64,000 bases of DNA from Octopus sinensis (lineage: Eukaryota). The stretch's first letter is position 1, and each line of letters opens with the position of its first letter. Positions 13,350 through 24,700 of the stretch are shown here, piece by piece. The stretch spans positions 3,658,001 to 3,722,000 of the forward strand of contig NC_043019.1 in assembly GCF_006345805.1 (NCBI RefSeq), in the 5' to 3' direction. The notes beneath the pieces are model-generated. The model was given only the letters and a program-made list of their open reading frames with translations, did not search any database and was not told where the DNA came from. The position numbers and the translations under genes are program-made.

Positions 13350-13709
13350 TCTCTATATATATAAATGGCAAAATGTCTGTGTGTCCTTTATACAAATCCA
13401 CAATTTTCCAGTTAGAGGGCTCGCACTTTCTATGGTCATTCAAACCTGTCCAAGGGTGGTTGTGCACATCTTTACATTTCCCCAGCCACCCCGCAAAGCC
13501 ATTAAAAAATCAATAGAAGTGACTTTTTTGTGAATTTTCTATCCAAAACCCAATCAAAATGCCCGAAACATGATACACCAATTGAATGCCAGCTAGCTGT
13601 ATGTGATTGGTTGGAGATTTGGACAGTATTCGCATGTATGTGCGCACGCACGCAGCTGTATATGCATGCACTAGCACTATGACCCAGCAACGCCAGGTCA
13701 TAGTGGTAG
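13350..13709 (+). mobile_element. non-autonomous Helitron family B
   Basis: a|TCTCTATATAT start; body is the reverse complement of the 9642 copy; palindromic end at 13671-13709. Confidence 0.8.
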
Positions 13710-15454
13710 TTTAGTCCAAAATTTCAGAAACTCTATTCTCCATGGTAATATTGACTTTTTCTGCCACTTTCCATTAACAGCAACATATAACATATAACTG
13801 GAAGTTGTGGATATTGCGATAAAGTACTTAATAAAAGGGCTACCAGCAATATTTAGTAATTCTTCTTTAAAAAAAATGTTTTTCAGTATTTTATACTTGG
13901 TAAGGATTCACATATGTTTTTATTAATTCCTCAGAATTTTGAGCAAGTTTTTTAACATTTCAAAAACAAAATTAACTATGAAACAAAATTTGTAAATAAA
14001 ACAGGGCATATTAGCATTGTCTGTATAAAGACCTGAAGAAATCTTAAATAAGAAAATTAGGAGCATATAGCTAAAATTGTAGAAGTATTCTGCACTTTAA
14101 TCCTTCCATTATTGTTTCTAACCAAGTTCCATGTTTCAGTTTTATTTCCTTTACAATTACTTGTGGCTGAACTGAAAAACTAGGGGGAAAAAAAAAAATA
14201 AAATAAAAGCCCTTGGTTATGGTATGGAAGTGATAAGGCCAACATCATCATTTAATGTCTGTTTTCCATCTATCCTGGGTTGGATGGTTTTGACTGAGGG
14301 CTGGCAACCAGATGGCTACACCAGGCTCCAGTCTTGATCTGGCAGAGTTTCTACAGCTGGATGCCCTTCCTAACGCCAACCACTCCGAGAGTGTAGTGGG
14401 TGTAGTCTTCTACTATAGCCTCGGGCCAACCAAAACCTTGTGAGTGGATTTGGTAGACGGAAACCGAAAGAAGCCCGTCATATATATGTATATATGTGTT
14501 TGTTCCCCCTAGCATTGCTTGACAACCGATGCTGGTGTGTTTATGTCCCCGTTACTTAGTGGTTCGGCAAAAGAGACCGATGGAATAAGTACTGGACTTA
14601 CAAAAGAATAAGTCCTGGGGTCGAGTTGCTTGATTAAAGGCAGTGTTCCAGCATGGCCACAGTCAAATGACTGAAACAAGTAAAAGAGTATATGTATATA
14701 TGTGTGTGTATGTATGTATATATATGTATATATATATATATATATATGTATGTATATATATGTATATATATAGAGAGAGAGAGAGTGTGTGTGGCAGCTT
14801 GGTAACGATACCAAGAATGTAATATACTAATATTGTAGCAACTGTTTATACTGTGACACCTAACCACATTGCTAGGTATGTAAGTACAAGACAATCTAAA
14901 GACTGTCTTTCAGCAATACAATAGTGCTGAATAATAATTCCCCAGCATCTACGTGCATTTGTGCATGTGTAGGCTGCTCTCATCCCATCTGTTTTGGTTT
15001 CTTTATTTAGATGACAAGACAGAATCTCAACAGACATATAGAGATCTTATATTCAGTGAAAATTGATAGTTACATAGTCTAACACAAATCAAAACCTGCA
15101 TAAATAAAGCCACTCTGTAAATATATACTTTAAACTTTGAAATCTATTCAGTTCATAATTCCAGTTCTTTGTTCATGTAATAAGATTAATGTAAATATAC
15201 TAAAATATCACATTTTATAATCGTTGAAAATAGTACTAGTAATAATTAGCAGTATTATTTTATCAATACCAAACATCGTAAAGGTTAAATTTCGGTGCTA
15301 AAACAAGTAACTTCTAGACTGCCATTCCACTTGCTAGAAACACCAACCAAATCCCCCTCAAACTACAATCACTTCTAAAATGTAAGAAATATATATTTAG
15401 GATGCCATAGTTTGAATCCATATTTTAAACGAATGAAATGATCATATATGGAAT

Positions 15455-15759
15455 TCTCTTGACCATATGTTCCTTCTCAAGCCATGCCTGGCTCATAAGG
15501 GCTGATTTCCCGGTTTCCTTGGCAAATAGATTTCCCCCACCTGGACGGGACGCCAGTCCGTCGCAGGTGAGCTGCAAGATGCAGGAGGAAAGAGTGAGAG
15601 AAAGTCGTGGCAAAAGAGTCAGAAGTTCGCCATTACCTCCTGCGAGAGCCGCCTGGAGCTTAGGTAATTCGCTCATAAACACACACCACCGCCCGGTCTG
15701 AGATTCGAACCCGCGATCCCTCGACCGCGACTCCGCTGCTCTAACCACTAGGCCATGTG
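15455..15759 (-). mobile_element. tRNA-derived SINE with a V-domain-like core
   Basis: A box TGGCCTAGTGG, B box GGTTCGAATC, core CCTGCGACGGACTGGCGTCCCGTCCAGG; related degraded copy near 20.1-20.25 kb. Confidence 0.7.
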
Positions 15760-16238
15760 AGTGGATTTGGTAGATGGAAACAGGATGGAATAAAGATTTT
15801 AAAAAGTAGTTTTCTTTAAGATTTTGTCAGAAGAGATTCAACTCCATTAGAGCCTTTCCAATAAATCAAAATCTAAATATTTATACAGAATATTAAAAAA
15901 TGGGAAAAAATTTGGTGTTTACATTCTTAGAGGAAATACGCTATAAACAATAATCCCTCGCTATATCGCAGTTCACCTGTCACGATTTATCATTTAAGCA
16001 TACGGAGATTCCTCTGTAGTGTAGAATTGCATTTATAATAAAATATACAAATTATAAAAAAAAAGTATGCAGTAACAGTACTGTTTCTACTTCATGAATT
16101 TTCACCTATCAGAGGGTTTTGGAACGTAACACCTGCAGTAGTCGAGGGATTACTGCACAGGCATTACTATAGCAGTGGGACTGAACCCGGAACCATGTGG
16201 TTGGTAAGCAAGCTACTTACCACATAGCCACTCCTATG

Positions 16239-16290
<52 letters not shown>

Positions 16291-16480
16291 TCAGTTTTTT
16301 CTGTAGATTTTTACTTGATGACACGTGGATAGGCAGGGAAAGGTGATGAACCTCATTCGTATATTCTGGGATTCGGCGGTACTGGACATTGAATGTAGTT
16401 TGTCTAAATTCTGTTGGTTGGAAAGGTACATTCGATTCTTCCAGTGCCCCTGGATTTAATATTATATTATATTGTGAAGT

Positions 16481-16564
16481 CCCATACTGAAGAGGAAAGT
16501 GTTCCGGGTAAAGTATAAATTCTACATTCTTTATACCGAACTAATTCTGAAACGCGTACATGGG
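16481..16564 (+). ncRNA. type I hammerhead ribozyme fold with canonical core, of the kind associated with Penelope-like elements
   Basis: CCCAT-a-CTGAAGA (16487-93); stem II GGAA../..TTCT with an extended interrupted hairpin; GAA; palindromic ACGCGT (16552-57); A; c-ATGGG closing stem I. Confidence 0.7.
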
Positions 16565-16754
16565 TAATCAAATATCGATTGATTTTCGTTATTCTTCATC
16601 TCTGCCTACGAGGATTGTTTTCGAGTACTTTGTTTTTGTCCAGGAATCTCTCTTTAAAGTAGAGGAAATAGCTAAGGTTCACTGGCTGCTATTTCTAAAC
16701 TTCTGTATGTGGCAAAGCAAATCTTTGCTGAGCCCTAATTTTTTTTATTTTTTA

Positions 16755-17130
16755 CTTCTAACGTCCGTTTTCCGTGCTAGCACGGGTTGGACGGTTCGAC
16801 CGGGGTCTGGGAAGCCAGGGGCTGCACCAGGCTCCACTCTGATCTGGCAGAGTTTCTACAGCTGGATGCCCTTCCTAACGCCAACCACTCCTCGAGTGTA
16901 GTGGGTGCTTTTTACGTGTCACCTGCACAGGTGCCAGGGGGGTCCGGCATCGGCCACGATCGGTTGGTGCTTTTAACGTGCTACCGGCACTGGAGTCAGT
17001 CGAGGCGGCGCTGGCATCAGCCACGTTCAAATGGTCCTTTTTATGTGCCACCGGCACAAGCCAGTCGAGGCGGCGCTGGCAACGGCCATGTTTGGATGGT
17101 GCTTTTTATGTGCCACCGGCACGGGTATCA
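16755..17130 (-). mobile_element. family C retroposon
   Basis: As above. Confidence 0.8.
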
Positions 17131-17894
17131 CAACTAAAAAATATATATGCAGCTAAGAACAGTTTCCAGTATGTAATTTGATAAATCAGGATTTAAGCTA
17201 CACATACTGTAAATGTTATTTTAACCCTGTTAATACCAACTTGCACAAGACTGCCACGGATTCTATGTTATAAACTTTGTTTTAATTCAACATTCATATT
17301 AGTCTGTCAAATGTAATGCTTATTTATTCACATTGTTATGAGGTAATCATGCATCATCTTCTAGCTTTGAGATTTTTGGATTGACATGGAGTGGGCATGA
17401 GAAATGGGGTTCTTTGGGCTGGATATGGCCGGTTTAAATGCTAATGGGTATAATCACATCATTGAAATCTGAAAGCTACAAGATAATGCATGTTTAATTG
17501 CAAACATTATCAGTAAATAAAGCATTGCATTTGATGGAGAAATATGAATGTTAAAGGATTAATTCAAACAAAGGCATTGTCTTTCAGCAGAAATATAAGG
17601 AATTACTGAGATGTACTTGCATAGCAAGTGACCTGACCTGATCTGAGATTGTGTGCTGGAACGAAAACAATTGCAACGTGAAAGGTGTTTATAAGTCATT
17701 TAAGAAACACACAAAATCCGTTAGATTCACTTCAACATTTGAATTTAATTTGTCAAAATATTTTCGTCGCTTTGAGACCACGACAGCTCGGAATTTTGTC
17801 AGTGAACAGGTTGTGGTCTCAAAGCGACAAAAATATTTAGACAAATTAAATTTAAATGTTGAAGTGAATCTAACGGTTTTTGCGTGTTTCTTAA

Positions 17895-18977
17895 CCCTTT
17901 CGTTACTATATTTCTGACCAAATTACACCCCTTATGTGTTTCAATTAATTTCTAACGTAATCATAAATTTAGTCTGGTTTCATTAAACAACTATAACTTT
18001 TTTATTTATCAATATATTAATCTGATTTTTGGAAGATGATTTAATGAAATATTCTCAACCAATTCTATACTATAATTTTTGTCACAAAGTGACTCTATTT
18101 GCAGGTAGATACAGGTAAATTCCACAAAATATAAAATTATTAAAATTTTGTTCAAACATCGCTATAGAAAATATTAGCTAATATTCAATTGGGTATACAA
18201 CAAAATTTTACGATAGAATTTGTTATTCTGGGTAACTTTCTGATACCCATAATAATATTTATGGCAAAATAGGCCTTAATTTCATTTAAGGTTGTGGGAA
18301 ATAACAAACTATCCTTTCTTTCGTTTTGTTTATGTTTAGCGTAACGGTTCGTTTTCGCTGTAATGATTTCAAATAGGCTCATTCGAAAAAGTAAATAGAA
18401 ATAGCCTAAGGCTTTACCCTTCTGGGAAAGTCTGTGGCTTGGTCCAGTTTCTGCAGAAAAATCACCGAAAGAAACAGTTTTTAAATTTTCACTCCATTCA
18501 GGTGCCAATTCGTTTTCTTTATCGCTATCGGAGATCTCAGATTCACTGTTTTCACTTTCGGAAAATGAAACATCAAATTCATTATCAAATACCATGTGCT
18601 TTTTTTTTTCAGTCATAGAGTTAGATTTATGAAGGTCTTCAGTAGAAAATCCTTCGAATTCTGACTCGCTGCTTGCTTATAATGAAATTCGTATCCATTT
18701 TTTGTCAGAATTACAAATTTTGAAAACACAATAGGAACAAATTTCGGAAAAAAATCTCCCAAAATTCACGGAATTAAAATTACACTTCGATTATTGTACA
18801 AAACTGTAGTTGAACTGTTTACGAAGTATAATACGTGTTTTCACGAATGTACTGAAGAGATTTGCTCTGATATTATCATTTAAATATGAATAGGTAAATT
18901 CGGGCGGCTTTGGGCGGTTTGGTTTCATGAACCAAAATTTTTTTCGGGCGGCTTTGGGCGGTTTGGTAACGAAAGGG
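17895..18977 (-). mobile_element. internally deleted piggyBac transposon (1083 bp)
   Basis: 12-bp perfect TIR CCCTTTCGTTAC; TTAA at 17891-94 and 18978-81; 24-bp subterminal direct repeats at 18900-23 and 18944-67; transposase remnant inside. Confidence 0.92.
18215..18698 (-). pseudogene. piggyBac (PGBD/DDE_Tnp_1_7-type) transposase N-terminal fragment, frameshifted near the start and truncated before the DDD core
   Basis: SSESEFEGFSTEDL acidic N-terminus followed by YFYLLF..IITAKTNRYAK..TTLNEIKAYFAINIIMGIRKLP, typical of piggyBac transposases. Confidence 0.88.
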
Positions 18978-19689
18978 TTAAATGGCTTATAAACACCTTC
19001 CACGCTGCAGTTGTTGTATAAGAAAGGAGTTAAGTTTTTAAGTTTCGACATCTTCCTTTTGCAATAGAATGTTTTAGCTTTTTTCCTCACCTGTGCAACT
19101 ACATACAGTATGCTTAATGATAAAATAGTTAGTAATTATACTCTAATGAATGATGATGATGCTGGTCTGAATTTGGTGTGATCACAACAATTTACATTTG
19201 TGGAATAAATAACTGTAGCCACATCCAGGGTCTAGAAACAGAGAGATAGTTCCTGTTCAGATTTCTATATAACTAATCATGTGTACTGAGCAGCATGGTC
19301 CTTAGGTGGGACATTTTCATCAGCCTATGTCTAACATAGTACACAAGGAGAGATAATTTTTTTTTTTTTTTCCCTTTGAAGTGATAGTTTTTACAGATGG
19401 CTTGTTGCCCTGGCTGTTTATGAAACACTCAACTATAAAAAGTACATCTACCAGGAGTGGTCTGGTTTTATTTGTCAGGCAAAGTAGAGCAAGCGTTTGT
19501 GTGAATGCTTGATTGCTCAAGTACACAACACACTGACTATAATATCTGAATTTAAGATTGATCATGTTTTTTTTAACAAATATAACCACATGACCCTTTT
19601 TTCAAAGCTAATCCCTTTCAAGGACTACAACAAATTTTGTTGCATACCCGACTGAATATTAGGTGATGATTCATTTTCTATGGTGATGT

Positions 19690-19945
19690 TTAAACAAAAT
19701 TTTAATATTTTTACCTTTTGCTCAATTTACCTGGATTTACCTGTAATTAAAGTCACTTTGAGACAAAAGTTATGCAATAGAATTGATTAGGAACCCTTTC
19801 TTTAATTATGTTCCAAATATCACTTTAATATGTTAAGTAAAAAAGTTAGTTATTTAATGAAACAAGCCTAAATTCATGATTATTTTAGAATTTAATTGAA
19901 ACTCATGAGGGGTGTATTTTGGTCAGAAATATAATAACGAAAGGG
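19690..19945 (+). mobile_element. diverged, inverted copy of one end of the 17895 piggyBac
   Basis: Reverse complement of about 17895-18150; ends AATAACGAAAGGG-TTAA. Confidence 0.75.
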
Positions 19946-21020
19946 TTAATGTTATGATGTATAATTATAATTATGGTAAAGAATACTTTACAAGCATTCA
20001 CAGATCCTAAATAAAACAAAAGTAATTTCAGAAAAGTGACCTTTTGAACTTTTACCAGGTGTAGGCCTGTAAGGTTAAGGTGCATGACTTGGTAGTTAGG
20101 ACACTATACTCCTGCTCACAAGATTGTAGTTTTGATTCCCGGAATAGGCAAGCTGTTGTGTTCTTGAGACAAACACTTTTGTTTCACATAGCTCAGGCCA
20201 CCCAGCTGTACATGAGTAACCCTGTGATGGACTGGTGTCCTGTTCATGGGGGGTAATTCACTTTTTAACATTTAAACCGGCAATATCTGGCTCAAATATT
20301 CTACCTGCCTTTTGTTGAAAGTGACCGGATCTGGCCTATCACACCTACACACTACAATGTCACTCGGTTGTCGTCCTGGTTATTTATACCTCATAGAAAC
20401 TGGCCCTTTTAAGTCCTAGGACTGAAGATAGTAATGTCCAGTGGTTGATGATATGCACATGTAAAAGTATATCTGCTGTATAAAAAGTTAATGTAGCAAC
20501 ATTTACCTAATTGAGCCCCCCTCACTAGAAAATCGATGATGCTGTGTTTAATTTTACATTTGTTTTTTTCCTCTATGTTGTGTAGATTTAAAATCCTTCT
20601 AAACACATTTTTTAATATATTTTTTCTTAAGTCTTAGGATTTTAATTTGAACATCAGGCATTTGGATCTGGCAAAACTTTGCTTTAATTATGCGTTGTGT
20701 AGTTTAATATAATTTTACAACTGTCTACAATAATGCCTTGTTATACGAGTTAATTCGTTCCTGGAGAATGCTTGTAGAGTGAAAACTCGTAAAGCGAGGT
20801 ATTATTGTATATTGATCTAACATTGATGAATGATATATATATATATATATCGGCGGTGCATCAGCATGGCCGCAGCTCTGAGCTGAGACTAGAGAAGAAA
20901 AAAAAATATATATATATATATATATATGTAAGGGAAAGTTTACGAAAATAAACGAAAGACGAAGGCAGGTGGATTACAAACAAACAAATGTATTAGTATA
21001 GCGCTCAGGAATAGAAAAAG

Positions 21021-21058
21021 TCTTTTACGTTTCGAGCCTACGCTCTTCGACAGAAAGA
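21021..21058 (-). ncRNA. minimal type I hammerhead-like fold, core variant CUGUCGA
   Basis: Minus strand reads TCTTT CTGTCGA A GAGC GTAG GCTC GAA ACGT A AAAGA: 5-bp stem I, 4-bp stem II, palindromic ACGT stem III. Confidence 0.6.
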
Positions 21059-21439
21059 TACACAGAAAAAAGCAAGGAGAGAAAAAAATGCGTGTAGGAG
21101 CTAACGTGTGTGTGTTAAATAATATTTGACTTGGTGTTATGTTATTGTGGGTAATTGAAGCAGATTTTTAAGAAGAACATGTTCTGGTAAAAGTGCTAAT
21201 TTTTTTTCATGTGAACATCGAATGAGGTCTATCTAAGGCAGAGTATTGTAACTGAGTGCCCTTCCTGTTGTCTAGCATAAGTTCTTTTTGAAGCAAAGGA
21301 TTTCTTTTTATATTCCTGGTGTTCAAAAGCACAAAGTGACTGGTCATAATATCAAAGAATGTAAGCATTATATCAGTGTTTTTTACTCAGATAACAAGTG
21401 AATCTGTGGAATGTGAACGTTTGCACGTACACATTCACA

Positions 21440-21470
<31 letters not shown>

Positions 21471-21947
21471 AACCACCATACTCTGCCAATTCTCTAAAAG
21501 AATTGGCTGGCTTGGTATTATTATTATAGAAGAAAAGTACTTATCCGAGATAAAGTGTAGGGCTGGACCTGTAATCGTGGTTGCAAAGTTAGCTTCTTAA
21601 ACACACAGATGCCTGTGCCTTTTGTATATACACAAGCTAGATATGCAATGGCATATAAATGGAAACGAAATACCTCCTGTTTTTGTTTTCCATTTTGGTT
21701 TTATTTGACCTGAATTACTTTGATGCCAGTCAAGTGGTAAACAACGTTGATTGATATAATTTGATGTGGACACACTTATGTAGAAATGTTTGTTATGAAT
21801 TTCATAGATGTAACATTATTATTATAATAATTTAAATTCTTCATGACACATCAGTTAGTATGGATAACATGTATAACTTCTGCCATCTTGAATAAGGCCA
21901 ATTTTCTTGGAACTAGAAAATTAGGTCATATTTCATCATCCTTTAAA

Positions 21948-22627
21948 CCCTTTCATTACTGTATTTATTTTGAGATTTTCAGTGTTTCTCTCAGTTATTT
22001 TAAATATAACAAAGAATTTAGTAAAATAACTTAGTTATCATTAATCTAGTGTTAGGACCATAAATTGTGACTAAGGTTTGGTGGAAGATTTTAATTCAAA
22101 ATTTATGAAAACAAGACATTTGTACTACAGAGCCGGGTTGGTATCAAAAGGGTTAAAGAAAACAAAGAATTTAGTAGAATAACTTAGTTATCATTAATCT
22201 AGTGTTAGGAACATAAATTGTGACTAAGGTTTGGTGGAAGATTTTAATTCAAAATTTATGAAAACAAGACATTTGTACTACAGAGCCGGGTTGGTATCAA
22301 AAGGGTTAAATATAACAAAGAATTTAGTAGAATAACTTAGTTATCATTAATCTAGTGTTAGGAACATAAATTGTGACTAAGGTTTGGTGGAAGATTTTAA
22401 TTCAAAATTTATGAAAACAAGACATTTGTACTACAGAGCCGGGTTGGTATCAAAAGGGTTAAATATAACAAAGAATTTAGTAGAATAACTTAGTTATCAT
22501 TCAGCTAGTGTTAGGAACATAAATTGTGACTAAGGTTTGGTGGAAGATTTTAATTAAAAACTTATGAAAACAAGACATTTGTACTACAGTGCCAGAGCCG
22601 GTTTCAGCTGGGTTGGTAACGAAAGGG
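21948..22627 (+). mobile_element. MITE family 1 with four tandem right halves (153, 153, 153 and 169 bp)
   Basis: TTAA at 22000, 22153, 22306, 22459 and 22628; a single left end. Confidence 0.88.
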
Positions 22628-22984
22628 TTAACGTCTATCTTCCATGCTGGCTATGGGTTAGAGCTGGCCAGATAGAAGACGATACCAAGCTACTGTTTGT
22701 TTTCTCGTGGTTTTTATGGCTGGATGCCCTTTTTAACACCGATCTTTTAGAGTGGACTATGCTTTTTGTATGGCACTAGCACAGGCAAGGTCAGTTTTGG
22801 CATGGTTTTACAGCTGGATGACCTTCCAAAATGCCAGCCACTTTACAGTGTGGCCTGGATACTTATGTGGCACCAGCTCCAGCAGGGTCACCATTTCTCA
22901 TGTATAATGTATATTCTTAGTTTTAGGGCTAAAAATTCAGGAGGGTAAAGTGTGATGTGTTTCATATACGCTTCAGTTTTAGAT

Positions 22985-23370
22985 CGATGGATGGAAGCAC
23001 TCCGTCGGTTACTACGACAAGGGTTCCGGTTGATCCGAATCAACGGAACAGCCTGCTCGTGAATTTAACATGTAAGTGGCTGAGCACTCCAGACACGTGT
23101 ACCCTTAATGTAGTTCTTGGGGATATTCAGCGTGACACAGTGACAAGGCTGGCCCCTTTGAAATACAGGTACAACAGAAACAGGAAGTAAGAGTGAGAGA
23201 AAGTTGTGGTGAAAGAGTACAGCAGGGATCATCACCATCCCTGCTGGAGCCTTGTGGAGCTTTAGGTGTTTTCGCTCATTAAACACTCACAACACCCGGT
23301 TTGGGAATCGAAACCGCGATCCTCCGACCGCGAGTCCGCTGCCCTAACCACTGGGCCATTGCGCCTCCAC
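22985..23370 (-). mobile_element. tRNA-derived SINE with a Deu/Nin-like 3' core
   Basis: tRNA-like head TGGCCCAGTGG..GGTTTCGATTCCC; core TTAAATTCACGAGCAGGCTGTTCCGTTG also seen near 9.55 and 35.1 kb. Domain naming is from memory. Confidence 0.6.
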
Positions 23371-23647
23371 TCAGTTTTAGAACTACTTCCTCAAATAGTT
23401 GGCTCTACTCCGTTTAATCCTTTAGCATTCACATTATTCTGTGAAATGTAATGTCTATTAATATTGTTTTCAACTAATCATTTACTGTCTTGTTGAGATC
23501 TTGATGATGTGATGGTATATTTTCAAAATTACATTGTAGGTAGATGTGATAAGGTAGGATCTGGCCAATTTGAAAATAAGGGTAGAATATTTAGGCGGGA
23601 AATGGCTGGATTAAATGCTAAAGGGTTCATCTTTACTCCTTCTTTAA

Positions 23648-23839
23648 CCCTTTATCATTGAGATTTTCCCGTCAAATGTAATACTTATTTATTCACATTG
23701 TTTTGAATTAACCATCTTATAACTTTAGGATTTTAATGTTTTTAAAATGACATAGCAGGTGTGAGAAGCCTGATCTGGCTGGCTTGAGCATAACACAAGA
23801 ACATTTGAGTCAGAGATGGCTGGTTTAAATTCTAAAGGG
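23648..23839. mobile_element. MITE family 2
   Basis: CCCTTTA..TAAAGGG termini with TTAA. Confidence 0.75.
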
Positions 23840-24507
23840 TTAAAACTGAATGATGGTCATGAAAATTGATATTAAATTTTTGAAATTTCATTTTCATTTG
23901 TTTGACAATATTTTCAATATATCTGTAACAAATAATTTGAAACCAGATCATTGCATCATCCACATTGTTTAAACATAACCGCTTATACTTGAAAGACATA
24001 AAATCATCAAGGCAAGTTTTCTGTATAGCTGAATGCTCTTGTCACTAACGTTCACCTGTTTCCAAATAAGGTAATGATTTCCATTGTTCTTTTGAACATA
24101 AAGACTACAATGGCTGGACATGATTTCATGGCTGTTTGTATTTGAAAGAACAAAGGGTCCATAACTTCCTTTTCATATCAACACATCTTATTTCTTTACT
24201 GCCTACAAGGGGCTTCACACAGAGGGGACAAACAATGACAGACAAACGGATTAAGTCGATTATATCGACGCCAGTGTGTAGCTGGTACTTCTTTAATTGA
24301 CCGCGAAAGGATGAAAGGCAGAATTTGAACTCAGAACGTAGCAGCAGACGAAATACCACTAAGCATTTCGCCCGGCTTGCTAACGTTTCTGCCAGCTCGC
24401 CACCTCATATCAATACACCTGAGACCACCTTACTCCATTTTAAAAATTATCAAAATGAAAACCTTCCATCAAAGTTTCCTTCTAATTTGTTTCAAACACC
24501 AGCTTAA

Positions 24508-24700
24508 CCCATTAGCATTTAAACCTTACATATCCAGCCCAAATATTCAACCTGTTTTGTGTTCAAAACTGCTAGATTTGGCCTCTCACACCTACTCTAC
24601 AATGTCCTTCTAAAAAATAAGCTATGAAATATAATACACGATTAATTCAAAACAATGTGAATAAATATTACGTTTGATAGTAATCTGAATGCTAAAAGGG
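24508..24700. mobile_element. MITE family 2 (opposite orientation)
   Basis: CCCATTAGCATT..AATGCTAAAAGGG with TTAA. Confidence 0.75.

Larger units (their letters stand above)
17666..19015. mobile_element. foldback (palindromic) element with about 120-bp arms, right arm interrupted by the piggyBac
   Basis: 17666-17784 is the near reverse complement of 17810-17894 plus 18982-19015; spacer about 25 nt. Confidence 0.8.

Noticed and set aside
15690-15759. tRNA gene-like sequence (also about 23300-23370 and SINE A/B heads)
   Set aside because: A and B boxes continue into SINE bodies without a proper acceptor stem or terminator; these are SINE heads, not tRNA genes.
16290-16470. About 57-codon open frame on the minus strand next to the 16.5 kb hammerhead
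   Set aside because: Could be a Penelope-like ORF remnant, but I could not recognise RT or GIY-YIG motifs, so no call was made.
21948-22627. CRISPR-like or bacterial repeat array
   Set aside because: Units are contiguous MITE halves with no unique spacers, in eukaryotic context.
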